DNA of 64,000 nucleotides from Octopus vulgaris (GCA_951406725.2 OX597819.1:103168001-103232000); one strand, 5' to 3'; positions 25,370-38,136 are shown, counted from the stretch's first letter. Numbers and translations are program-made. The notes: generated from the letters alone by a model not told the origin.

Positions 25370-25708
25370 AATATATATATATATATACTGTACTACTCTT
25401 TACTATATAAGTTACACATACATCATGTATGTAAGTATGTATGTATGTATGTATGTATGTATGTATGTATGTATGTATGTATGTATGTAGGTAGGTAGGT
25501 AGGTAATCATACCTACACACATGATCGCACACTCTTGCACACAGACGCGCGATCTGCAGCTAAGAGTGAATTTTACGTATGTGCTTCTGTGAGGGTTGCA
25601 AGTACATGCGCATGTACATGTATATATGTGAATATCCATACGCTCACACATACAAATACGATTGCACATACACAGTTGCATCACTGCGTTCGTTTCTCTG
25701 AGTGCGTT

Positions 25709-25780
<72 letters not shown>

Positions 25781-25905
25781 TACAGGAATATATGTTATAT
25801 GATGTCTACATAATATCTGTTTGCAATATAGAAATATAACCAGTCTTATACGGATATTTTGTCATACGCCTATGTGTGTGTGTGTGTGCGTGTGCGTGTG
25901 TGTGT

Positions 25906-25958
<53 letters not shown>

Positions 25959-25964
25959 TGTAAA

Positions 25965-26155
25965 TCTTTAAATCTTTAAATTGTTTCACCGCCAAAGCTG
26001 GGGTTATGCTGGGGCACCAGCGTTGACTGTTCTACACCATTATTTGAAACCAGTTCTGACATGTGGCGTTTGGTGAATGAGTCAGTTTGATGCTGCGGCC
26101 CTAATCTATGTTTCCTGCCGTGAGGTAAGCTCATCTGCAACACTTGATATAGTAC
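25965..26155 (-). mobile_element. CR1/L2-clade LINE extreme 3' fragment
   Basis: RC translates SSVADELTSRQET*IRAAASN*LIHQ, homologous to the 55905 copy, followed by a ggtgccccagcat...gtgaaacaa tail. Confidence 0.75.
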
Positions 26156-26549
26156 TGTAATATATGCATATATCTATATTTATCTGCTTATATGCTTGTG
26201 TATATATATATATACACACACACTATAACACACATGCACATGATATACACACATATACTACTCTTTGTATGCCTGAATGTGTGTAGGTGGGTATGCATAT
26301 ACTTGTATATGCATAACCACATGCATACATGCTTGTATTTACGTACAAGTGGGCCGTGTATATGTGTGCATATTTCGGTATGTCAAATTTTCACAAAATT
26401 AACTATGAACATAAGGGTTGCACGTACACACACACACGTACACACACCTACGCGCCCGCACATATACACAGACCTTTACACACACACACACATATATATA
26501 TATTTATGCATGCATGTAAGTATATGTGTATGTATATATATATATATAT

Positions 26550-26595
<46 letters not shown>

Positions 26596-26695
26596 GTATG
26601 TATGCATGTATATAAAAACACACATATATATATGTGTATATATAGTGAGAATTTACAAAACAACAAAAGACGAACACAACACACTTATATATACA

Positions 26696-26745
<50 letters not shown>

Positions 26746-26800
26746 CTCCACATAAGTGATACTCAAGCTCTCAAGTTCCTATTCTTCAGAGAGCTTTCAT

Positions 26801-26845
26801 CGCAAATGCCCGACGAACGGGAACGTGAAAAGTAAGAGATTTGTG
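26801..26845 (+). ncRNA. Hammerhead-like motif, variant core CCGACGA
   Basis: gcaaau-gc-CCGACGA-ACG(GGAA)CGU-GAAAAGUA-agag-auuugu. Stem III is not palindromic. Confidence 0.35.
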
Positions 26846-26982
26846 TAGATTTGCAGCCTTAATGAAGGCATATTACTCTACCTTAATTACTAGGGTATTC
26901 GAGTACTACTTTATTCTTATTTGTATAGCATTTAATTGCTTACTTGTGAGTGTGTGTAAGTAGGTGTATATATATATATGCA

Positions 26983-27186
26983 TACCAGCCTCCCCTCTCC
27001 ACCTCACTGATGCTATCCAAGAGAAAGCCACCAGTGACGTCGCAATTCATTTCTGCAGCCGAGTTAACTGCAACAACATGAAATAAAGTGTCTTGCTCCA
27101 GAACACAACACACAGCTCGGTCGAGGAATCGAACTCACAACCTCATGATCGTAAGCTCAACGCTCTAACCACTGAACCATGCGCCT
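26983..27186 (-). mobile_element. SINE family C, 3' truncated
   Basis: RC ggcgcatggttcagtggttagagcgttgagc...gagttcgattcc...tgtgttctggagcaagacactttatttc. Confidence 0.85.
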
Positions 27187-27191
27187 TCACG

Positions 27192-27228
<37 letters not shown>

Positions 27229-27614
27229 GTATACGTTTATGTGAGTCTGCTTGACCATACTCATTCTCTCTCTGTCTCTCTCTATTACACACTCACAAAC
27301 AAACACGAGCACACACACACACACACACACACGCACACACACCCACACAAACACCCACACACACACATACACACAGAATAGGCATATTTGATAATTTCCT
27401 TTTAAGCTCAACACATACTGACTGTTACATAATTGCAGTGGTCCAGGGTGGAGTAACTTTGATTATGAATCGATTCCTTCAACTCTTTTTACTGCAACAG
27501 CAGCAGCAGCTGCTGCTGCGACAATAGCAACACCAGCAAAAACAACAACAGTTTAAGGCATTTAATTACGTTTTTATGCGCGTCCCTATAAACATGCATT
27601 TATATACATATATC

Positions 27615-27860
27615 ACGATCACGTGATATCACGTGACCGACCAGACCATCAGATGTTGTTACACATCGCTGGTCACAATGCGTTCGCATTGTTTTAGCCT
27701 TCGAATGACGCCACTCCGCTGGCTAAGCGAGCAGGCCAAAAGAAGAAAGAGTGGGAGAAAGAGTGGTGAAAGAGTACAGCAGGGATCACCGGTCTGGGGA
27801 TCGAAACCACGATCCTGCGACTGCGAGTCCGCTGCCCTAACCACTGGGCCATTGTGCCTC
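27615..27860 (-). mobile_element. SINE, family C-type head with internal deletion and CACGTGA-repeat tail
   Basis: RC ggcacaatggcccagtggttaggg...ggtttcgatcccc. The 110-bp tail is nearly identical to 61210-61324. Confidence 0.85.
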
Positions 27861-27987
27861 CACATATACATATATATAGCTATGTATATATATATATGCA
27901 CATATGTATGTAGATATGTATGTATGCATGTATTATATATATATATGTGCGTGTGTGTATCTGTGTATATATATATGTTCTTTTTTT

Positions 27988-28391
27988 TATTCTTTTACTT
28001 GTTTCAGTCATTTGACTGCGGCCATGCCGGAGCACTGCCTTTAGTCGAGCAAATCGACCCCGGGACTTATTCTTTGTATGCCCAGTACTTATTCTATCGG
28101 TCCCTTTTTGCCGAACCGCTAAGTGACGGGGACGTTAACACACCAGCATCGGTTGTCAAGCAATGCTAGGGGGACAAACACAGACACACAAGCACACACA
28201 CATACATATATATATATATATACATATATACGACAGGCTTCTTTCAGTTTCCGTCTACCAAATCCACTCACAAGGCATTGGTCGGCCCGGGGCTATAGCA
28301 GAAGACACTTGCCCAAGATGCCACGCAGTGGGACTGAACACGGAACCAGGTGGTTGGTTAGCAAGCTACATACCACACAGCCACTCCTGCG
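27988..28391 (-). mobile_element. SINE family B, young full-length copy
   Basis: Highly similar to the 31915-32340 and 55315-55713 copies. Confidence 0.95.
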
Positions 28392-28440
<49 letters not shown>

Positions 28441-28811
28441 ATGTAGATGTATATATATGATAGGGTGTAGGTTTCTTTTAAGTTAAGATTTGGCTGCTAT
28501 TTTTTTTTTTACTAGTTTGAGTGGAGAGAGTAATACATGCCAATTTGGGCCGGAATTGAAATAGAAGATATTATATGGTGTGTACATATCTTTGAGTAAG
28601 GAAACGATTTAATGTCTAGATGTAAGAGACCCTTTAAATGGCGGCTGATGCACACACCCACAAGCAGACACACACATACACACAAATGCACTTACACATA
28701 CACACAACTGCACACCGCCTCACACAAAGAGCATGTGCATTTATATTTGCATGCATATACATACATACATGCATACATATATGTATATAAATACGTACAT
28801 ACATACATACA

Positions 28812-28869
<58 letters not shown>

Positions 28870-29751
28870 TCATACATACAAACACACATACATACCTGCT
28901 TGCATATATATGTATATACATATACATACATACATATATATATTCATATACATATATATTTACATATACCTACATACATATACAAATATATACACATATA
29001 TATATATACACACACACATATAACTATATGTGTATATATACATGTGTATATAATTATATATACATGCGTATATTAGTATGTGCGTATATATATATATATA
29101 TATATATAGTTAGATAGAGAGAGAGAGAGAGAGATGCGTGTGTATGTGTGTATGTATGTGTGCATATATGTGTGCATTTGTGTGTGTATGTGAGTGTGTG
29201 TGTACGTGTGTATATATGTATGTGTGTTGTTGTATATATATATGTATGTATGCAGGCATAGACTTTTCGATATGTCGTTTAATGAAGTTTACGCTGAAGA
29301 GAAAGAAAGAGTGCGTGGTGAGAGAGACAACAGGAGAGAGAGTGCAAGACCGGGGCAGCGAGAGCAGGTGCATGCGTGCGTGTGTGTGAGTGTTAGTGTT
29401 AGTGTCAGTGTATGTGCGCGTGTGTGTGGTTGTGCCTTTGCGTGTGTCTGTATGTATGCATGTTTGTGCATGTGTGTGTGTGTGTGTCTGAGTGTATGCA
29501 TATATGTGTATGTGTGAATGCATGTGTTTTTGTGTGTCTGTGTGTGAGTGCAAGATATATCTTTGTGCGTGTATATACATCTTTCTGCACCCGTGTGCGC
29601 GTCTGGTGTGGTTGTATCTGTGTATGTGTGCGTCTGAGTTTGTTTGCGAATCTACGTGTAAGACACGTGTATGTCTGTGTGTGCTTTTGCTTGTGTGTAT
29701 TTGTACTTTTACGTGTGACAGAGTGCATGTGGGCGTGCCTGGAATTGTGTA

Positions 29752-29798
<47 letters not shown>

Positions 29799-30241
29799 AT
29801 GTGTGTATTTGTATGTGTGTGTGGGCGTGCGCGGGCAGGAGAACGCATTGGTGGGTGTATCAACAATACAAGGTATACAGATACGTAATATTGATATAAA
29901 AGCACTATACTGAAACCAGTGTGCCTGTTGCGGTGCCTCTATGGCTGACGTCGAATTCCTAGGGACGGGCAGATGCACAGATGCCGCCATGACATGCTGG
30001 GGCCTGAGGGCAAACATCACATCACCCCCTCAAATTCATGACATTTCAACACTGGGACGTTTTTTCATCAACCCTCGTAAGCTAAAAGGTAAATCTTGGA
30101 AGGGCAGGGTTTGAACTGAGTACGTAATGAATTTTATTAAATACCACGAGATGGTTCGTCCATAATTCTCACAATTCTGTGAATTCCTCCACATACACTC
30201 ATAGACACATACATAATACAATCATACACACAAAATCTTCT

Positions 30242-30304
<63 letters not shown>

Positions 30305-30330
30305 GACATACACACACACACATTTATATA

Positions 30331-30379
<49 letters not shown>

Positions 30380-31363
30380 GGGGGGGTAAATATTTTTTCC
30401 GTATGTAATAGGTATTTGTATTACCTTTCCACTATGAGAAACAGGAAACAGAGATAACCCTTGGCAGATCAAAACCCGTAGCTTTAACCAAGAAATGGCC
30501 AACATCAGGAACTGTGTTGTGGTAGTAAACTACTTGGTCAGAATAAAAAAAAGACTGAAGCATCTGCGCCAAAGCAGTCATTAGGAATAAACAAATTTTA
30601 ACTATGTTAAAATATATTTTTGACATAATTTAACTTCTCAGTACGAATTCACTGCTGTTACGGTGGAGCAAAAATTATCTCTGAAACTAAAAGGTGTAAA
30701 AACATCATTTCTGTCCAGTGCTTCCCCTCAGCGGATTCTCATATGCGTGTTGCTGTCTCTTTAGCCTCCTTCAATGGGAAATACCGAAGAGAGACGAACC
30801 TGAGCAGATTCAAAGCTGTGACTTTAACTATATATATATGCGATAGGGAAAACATATATAAACCCAAACAAAAATGCGATATATATATGAACAGACATGC
30901 AGCCCTATATGTGCAAAAAAAAGGTATAGAGTGAGCGTTATGATGAGTCACATGCATCTATAATTCAGCCACGAAAAATCAAGTACACACTTCTGAGCTT
31001 CAACCTAGGATGTGTCTCTGCCAACGTCGTTGTTATGTCCGAGTGAAAACCATTCGCAACTCAATGAAGAGACGTCGAAAACAACGCCCGACGAGGCATC
31101 ATCCGACTCAAATTAAACAATGTAGAAATGAAGAACACTTGTACGTGGTTTGCATGCGTGTGTGTCTCTGTGTTTATGTATGCATAAAACGAGATATGAA
31201 TGGGTAGATGTGTGTGTGTGTGAGTGAGTGTATGTGAGTGTGTGTGTGCGTGAGTGTGTGTGTACATATGTAAGTAAATGTCGAACAATGACAATGAGTG
31301 ATCAATATCACGGATAGAATTTGTTTGTTTGTGTATTAAGGCTACCATTGGATTCTTGTAACT

Positions 31364-31773
31364 GGTAAGTACCTTGCTTACCAACCACATGGTTCTGGGT
31401 TCAGTCCCACTGCGTGGCACATTGAGCAAGTGTCTTCTACTATAGCCTCGGGGCGACCAAAGCCTTGTGAGTGGATTTGGTAGACGGAAATTGAAAGAAG
31501 CCCGCCGTATATATGTATATGTGTGTGTGTGTGTGTGTATGTGTGCGTATGTTTGTGTGTCTGTGTTTATCCCCCCAGCATCTCTTGACAACCGATGCTG
31601 GTGTGTTTACGTCCCCGTAACTTAGCGGTTCGGCAAAAGAGACCGCTAGAATAAGTACTAGGCTAACAAAGAATAAGTCCTGGGGTCGATTTGCTCGACT
31701 AAAGGCGGTGCTCCAGCAAGGCTGCAGTGGAGTGACGGAAACAAGTAAAAGAGCGAGTAAAGAGTAAAGAGAA
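31364..31773 (+). mobile_element. SINE family B, slightly 5' truncated
   Basis: ggtaagtaccttgcttaccaaccacatgg ... ggaaacaagtaaaagag. Confidence 0.95.
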
Positions 31774-31874
31774 TATCTTGACAATTTTTCAATCCGATCA
31801 TATGGCGGTATGGTGTTTATCTTCATTTCTGATAAAATCACAACGTCTCGTTAAATTCGCGAAGAATATGTATG

Positions 31875-31914
<40 letters not shown>

Positions 31915-31915
<1 letters not shown>

Positions 31916-32338
31916 TCTTTACTCTTTCTTTTTTTACTCTTTTTACTTGTTTCAGTCATTTGACTGCGGCCATGCTGGAGCACCGCCTTTAGTCGAGCAA
32001 ATCGACCCCGGGACTTATTCTTTTTAAGCCCAGTACTTATTCTATCGGTCTCTTTTGCCGAACCGCTAAGTTACGGGGACGTAAACACACCAGCATCGGT
32101 TGTCAAGAAATGCTAGGGGGACAAACACAGACACACAAACATATTCACACACACTTATATATATATATACATATATACGACACGCTTCTTTCAGTTTCCG
32201 TCTACCAAATCCACTCACAAAGCATTGGTCGGCCCGGGGCTATAGCAGAAGACACGTGCCCAAGATGCCACGCAGTGGGACTGAACCTGGAACCATGTGG
32301 TTGGTTAGCAAGCTACTTACCAAACAGCCACTCCTTCG

Positions 32339-32340
<2 letters not shown>
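31915..32340 (-). mobile_element. SINE family B, full length
   Basis: Inverted relative to the adjacent 31364 copy. Confidence 0.95.
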
Positions 32341-32391
<51 letters not shown>

Positions 32392-32415
32392 GTGTGTGTG
32401 ATTGTGTATAGAAGA

Positions 32416-32858
32416 ATATATTAATAAAAAGAATTCCAACCTTGTCTGATTTTCACGTTTTATTTACAATCTTATAATGATATATTATAAGATAATATAT
32501 TATAATTGAATAAAATAAAATGAAATAGTAGAATGTTAAATATTCATTCTGATTGAACTAGTACTTTCATGCATTGAATTCTGCAATCTTCGGGTTCATG
32601 TAGTAGTGTTGACAGTCATGCTTCACAATTTTTGACTGTCAAAAATTGTGAAGCATGACTGTCAACACTACTACATGAACCCGAAGATTGCAGAATTCAA
32701 TGCATGAAAGTACTAGTTCAATCAGAATGAATATTTAACATTCTACTATTTCATTTTATTTTATTCAATTATAATATATTATCTTATAATATATCATTAT
32801 AAGATTGTAAATAAAAAGTGAAAATCAGACAAGGTTGGAATTCTTTTTATTAATATAT
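32416..32858. repeat. Near-perfect 443-bp palindrome (221-bp arms, 1-nt centre)
   Basis: Centre tttttgac-T-gtcaaaaa at 32637. Only one mismatch seen (32457/32817). Confidence 0.97.
32676..32720 (+). ncRNA. Minimal type I hammerhead-like motif (mirror copy on minus strand at 32554-32598)
   Basis: UGAAC-CCGAAGA-u-UGCA(gaauucaa)UGCA-u-GAA-AGUACU-A-GUUCA. Perfect 5-bp stem I, 4-bp stem II, palindromic stem III, CUA triplet, U4-to-C variant. Confidence 0.7.
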
Positions 32859-32969
32859 ATATATATATATGTATGTGTGTATGTATGCATGAATGTATGT
32901 GTATATATATCTATCTGTATATATTGGGGTACATACAGATATCAATATAATCGCTCATGTGCGTGTGTG

Positions 32970-33002
<33 letters not shown>

Positions 33003-33095
33003 ATAGATACATCCATATATACATATACATGTCATTTACATACTAATATGTATGTGAACATATATGTCTATAAACAGTCAGACAGTCAGACGAAC

Positions 33096-33135
<40 letters not shown>

Positions 33136-33168
33136 TGGTGCTAAGTCTTACTAGAACAGCTCTTTTAA

Positions 33169-33231
<63 letters not shown>

Positions 33232-33609
33232 TGCTTATCCCCCTTTATAGATATAAACGTTGTAGACGTAATTGTATCATACTTATACATGCACCTGTGA
33301 AACACATGTAAGGGAAACAAAAAAGACAAAATAACTTTACGACCATCCGTCTTACAATGCAATAGAGGTTTCCGTAGGTTCAGCGATACTAACTGACCTG
33401 CTAGGGAAAACAGGCAGCCCTCCCTGAAATCAAATCTCATTGCTTACTCGGAGGCAAGATCACATTATCTAACAAATTTGAATATTGCATGAGAGGTCTG
33501 AATTGTTATGGATAGCATATCATATATAGAGGGGAACAAAGAATACGTCCACACGGACTCATTCATAAGCGCTCAGAATTATATACATTCTAATACACAC
33601 CGATCTGGC

Positions 33610-33810
33610 ATTCGCCATGATAGATCGCTAGCCACTACACATTCTTTATTTTCTCTCCTGGTTTCTTTCTGTGTTTCTTTCTGTGGAAGAGCGCAGGCTC
33701 GAAACATTAAAGCCTTTTTTCCCTTCCCGAGTGTTATACTATATATCTGTGTGTTATCTACACCACCTGTCTTCGTCTTTTGTTTGTTTGTTTTTTGTGA
33801 ATTCTCCCCT
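33610..33810 (+). mobile_element. Penelope pseudo-LTR-like repeat (family D) with hammerhead-like motif at 33681-33705
   Basis: Homologous to 37862-38062. CUGUGGA-A-GAGC(GCAG)GCUC-GAAAC. Confidence 0.7.
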
Positions 33811-33837
33811 ATATCTATATATCTATATATATATATG

Positions 33838-33871
<34 letters not shown>

Positions 33872-34189
33872 CGTGTGCATATGTATATATATTGTAATAA
33901 AAGTAATTTCGTAAGTAACAAGATGACTTTGGTATTAATCTTTATTATGTACAACGGTCGTTTCGACCAATCTTGCTACTGTCCCTTACGGGTGGGCGTC
34001 CGTCTAACATGTTGAACACACACATATATATATGCTTACACATACATATATACCAATACATATGTTTTGGGGTTGATTAAACCCCCAGGCAGCCCTCATT
34101 GAATAGTGTTAGGGTCTAAATCTTTCCATAGACGACCATGTGTATCACTGTGTGAGACCAGTTACGTCTATTGAAGTAATTGCCCTTGT

Positions 34190-34602
34190 TGCTGCTGTTG
34201 TTGGTTGTGATGATGATGGTAGTGATGGTGGTGATAGTGATGGCGTTGGTGGTGGCAGTGGTATTGGTAGTGGGGTTGGGGGCGGCAGTGATAACGATGG
34301 TTGTGGTGATGGTTATGGGGATGGTGGTGGTGGTGGTGGTGATGGTGGTTGATGTAATGATGATGTTTATGGTGGTAGTGGTGGTGGTGGTAGTGGTGGT
34401 GGTGGTGGTGCTGCTGCTGCTGCTGCTGATGATGATGATGATTGTGGTGGTGGTGGTGGTGGTGGGGTATGTGGTGGTGGTGGTGGTTGTGGTGGTGGTG
34501 GTGGTGGTAGTTGTGGTGGTGGTGGTGGTTGTGGTAGTGGTTGTGGTTGTGGTTGTGGGGTGGTAGTGGTGATGATGATGATTGTGGTGATGGTTGTAGT
34601 GG
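34190..34602. repeat. (GGT/GAT/GCT)n trinucleotide low-complexity tract
   Basis: Direct reading. Confidence 0.95.
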
Positions 34603-34714
34603 ATTTTAGCCTACGTCAGTTCCCATCGAGGTGATAAGTGATCAAATGATCGAAATGTAATCATACTATTTTGTGCATTCGTATTTGTCCCATCTTTCAA
34701 TATTGACCTATTTC

Positions 34715-35345
34715 GGTCTTTAGATTACGGCCATGCTGGAACACAAACTGGACAGGCTTTAGTCGCTCAAATTAATCCCTAGAGTTTATTCTTAGGCGTA
34801 ATCAATACAAGAGTAGTTTTCAAGCGAGTGGAGGGGGGGGACACAAGCACAAAACACATACACACATAGGCACGCACACACATACAAACGCACGCACACA
34901 CATATATACATACCGGCACACGAATATGCACATTTATATCTGTCGGTATGCAGGTGCAGGCGTGGCTGTGTAGAAAGAAGCTTGCTTCCCAACGACATGG
35001 TTCCGTGTTCAGTCTCACTGCGTGGCACCTTGTGCAAGTGTCTTCTAGTATAGCCTCGGGCTGACCAATTTTAACACAAGGCCAGCAATTTCAGGTAGTT
35101 GGAAAGTCGCCCCCAGTGCTCAACTTGGAATTGTTTTATTGACCACGAAAGGAAGAAAGGCCAGTGTGACTTCGGCAGAATTTGAACTCAGCGCATAAAG
35201 ACGGACGAAACGCTGCTAAACATTTCGCGGACTAACGTTTCTGCCAGCTCAATGCATTAGGATATGTGATAATACTGCTTTCCAGTTTAGGCACGAAGAC
35301 GCCAATTTTAAGGGTAGAGGATTTGTTGATTAGATCGATCCCGTT
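34715..35345. mobile_element. Jumble of SINE B and SINE A fragments in both orientations
   Basis: B tail (-) near 34720, B head (+) 34955-35068, A (-) 35070-35250 and 35280-35345. Confidence 0.75.
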
Positions 35346-35350
35346 ACTTA

Positions 35351-35751
35351 GGAGTGGCTGTGTGGGAAGTAGCTTGTTTACCAACCACATGGTTCCGGGT
35401 TCAGTCCCACTGCGTAGCACCTTGGATAAGTGTCTTCTACTATAGCCTCGTGCCGACCAAATCCTTGTGAGTAGATTTGGTAAACAGAAACTGAAAGAAG
35501 CCCGTCGTATAAATGTATATATATATGTATGTGTGTATATGTTTGTGTGTCTATGTTTGTCTCCCCAACATCGCTTGACAACCGATGCTGGTGTGTTTAC
35601 GTTCAAGTAACTTAGCGGTTCGGCAAAAGAGTCCGATAGAATAAGCACTAGGCTTAGAAAGAATGAGTCCTGGGGTCGATTTGCTCGACTAAAGGCGGTA
35701 CTTCAGCATGGCCGCAGTAAAATTACTGAAAAAAATAAAGAGTAAAAGAGT
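35351..35751 (+). mobile_element. SINE family B, full length
   Basis: ggagtggctgtgtgg ... ggcggtacttcagcatggccgcag ... agagtaaaagag. Confidence 0.95.
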
Positions 35752-35942
35752 ATATATATTTTCTGACCACAGTGGAACATATCAACCCCTTATCTTCAAG
35801 TGTGCTACTTATTCTATTGGTCTTTTGCCGAACTGCTACGTTATACGGATATAAACAAACCAAAGCCTATTGTATACGGTTTCGGGGAGAAATAAAAGTG
35901 AAAAAGCACACATACAAGCATATACACATATGCATATAGGTA

Positions 35943-37185
35943 TCAGGTCATCCCATAAGTTCTGTCCAAATTGTGAATAAAGAAAACAAGTGATCAAATG
36001 TTATATTTAATTGAAATTTAATCATCAATGTACTTTCCCCGATTATCTATGACTTACTTCCATCTATTTACAAGCTTTTTAAATACATCAATGTAAAGCT
36101 CTTTTGGTTTCAAAGCGAAGAACTCTGAAATGTCAGGTTCGACCTCCTCCTGGCTTAAGAAACTTATGTCCCCCAAATGATTCAGTAAACTACGAAACAA
36201 ATGGTAGGAGCAAGGTCAGGAGAGTAAGGTGGATGAGGAATTTTTCCCAACCAAGCTATTTGATCTTCTGGGATGTGATCTTTGCAGTGTGGGGTCGCGC
36301 ATTGTCCTGATGAAACATCACTCCTTTTCGATTCACTAAAGCGGGTTTTTTTTACTTCATAAGCTCTAATTGCTGACTGTAGACTTGAGCATTGACTGTT
36401 GCATTAGGTGGTAACAATACTAAGTGAATTACTCCTTTCCAATCCACCAGATAGATAGAAGAAACTTTTTCCTATGACGTTCCTCTCTCGGTTGAAGTTG
36501 AGCTTTTTTCCATTTTCCTAAGTCACTGTTTCCGACGTTTAACATTTCGATAGAAAATCCATTTTTCGTCACCAGTCACAAGTCTATCCAAAAAGGGTGA
36601 AATGAGTTCGCGAGAATGGAGAGAATAGTAGGTGTCAACTCGTGATTTGCAGTTGCTTTCGGACAATTCATGAGGCACCCATTTTCCAAGTTTAGGAACC
36701 TTTCCAAGTTGTTGAAGATGACGATGAACAGTTGAACTAAGCTCTATTGCCAATTCTTCAACTGATAATGCAGGATTTTCTTCCAGTAATGCCTCGAGGA
36801 GCTTATCATCAAACTCAACTGGACGTCCTGTTCGATCTTCATCTTCAAAGCTGAAATCTCCATTTCTGAATTTTGCAAACCATCTTCTGCAAATTCTTTC
36901 ATTCAACCATTCTTTTGAGAATAGGTTTCGAGTCGCTTTGGTTGCAGAGGTTTGTACACATAAAGTATTATGAGTTTTAAATGTTTTTTGGATACTTCCA
37001 TGTTAGAAAGGTTTTTAATCAAAGAAATTTTAATATTATTATTCTGTAAAATAATATTTAATTAGATTAAATATACACAAATGCATAAAAATAATTTTAA
37101 ATTCCATTAGACATTCTAAATTACTATTAAATTTCATTCAATTTTAAAAAAGGTAAAATCGGACAGAACGTATGGGGTGACCCGA
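35943..37185 (-). mobile_element. Full-length decayed mariner (DD34D-type) transposon
   Basis: 25-bp TIRs tcaggtcatcccataagttctgtcc / ggacagaacgtatggggtgacccga (3 mismatches), TA on both sides, length 1243 bp. Confidence 0.95.
36018..37001 (-). pseudogene. Mariner transposase pseudogene
   Basis: Start MEVSKKHLKLIILY, then WVPHEL, LVTGDEKW, FHQDNARPH, HPPYSPDLAPT and end GKYIDD*. Several frameshifts and stops; the third catalytic D is lost in a small deletion. Confidence 0.95.
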
Positions 37186-37519
37186 TATGTGTCTATATAT
37201 AAGATGAGCACTGGGTAATTGCAGAAAGCACGTGCCCAAGATACTACGCAACAGCACAGAGCCAGAAATATAAATTTATATTGTAATATTGTATATTACA
37301 TATATACATTCTCGTTGTTTTACCATATATGTTCCATGGAATCATGGCCTATATTTGATGGATTTATAATTCGAGAAAAACAAAAATGAATTGAACTCGG
37401 TTTGCTGAGAAGCAAAATTAATTATTTTACAACATACCACCTGTTCTTTGAGGCGCACCCGCATAACAATTTAAAACAAGCGTTTTATGAAACTCTGTAT
37501 ACATACCTTAATATATATC

Positions 37520-37692
37520 ATACTTATTCTTTTATTCTTTTACTTGTTTCCGTCTGCCAGATCCACGCCACAAGGCTTTGGTCTGCCCGAGGCTCTAATA
37601 GAAGACACTTGCCCAAGATGCTATGCAGTGGGACTGGACCCGGAACCATGTACTTCAGAAGCAAGCGGCTTACCATTCAACCGTGCCTGCGC
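37520..37692 (-). mobile_element. SINE family B with central deletion
   Basis: Tail ttcttttacttgtttc joined directly to cgtctgccagatccac of the head half. Confidence 0.8.
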
Positions 37693-37789
37693 CTTATTTA
37701 CATACACACACACACACACACACACATACACACACACATATATATAAATTTATTTATAAATATAAATATAGGTGTTTATTTATGTATGA

Positions 37790-37859
<70 letters not shown>

Positions 37860-37861
37860 CA

Positions 37862-38061
37862 GTCGCCATGATAGATCATTAGCCACTACACACATTTTTT
37901 CTCTCCTTGTTTCTCTCCTTGTTTTTTCTGTGTCCCTTTTCTGTAGAAGAGCGTAGGCTCGAAACGTAAAAGACTTTTTCTATTCTTGAGCGTTATACTA
38001 ATACATCTGTTCGTTTTGTACACCACCTGTCTTCGTCTTTTGTTTTTTTCGTAAACTCTCC

Positions 38062-38062
<1 letters not shown>
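37862..38062 (+). mobile_element. Penelope pseudo-LTR-like repeat (family D) with hammerhead-like motif at 37941-37968
   Basis: cuuuu-CUGUAGA-A-GAGC(GUAG)GCUC-GAA-ACGU-A-aaag. Flanked by (TA)n. Confidence 0.75.

Positions 38063-38136
<74 letters not shown>

Noticed and set aside
31060-31110. augaaga-gacguc-gaaa and ccgacga as further hammerhead candidates
   Set aside because: No room for a stem II loop and no supporting stems.
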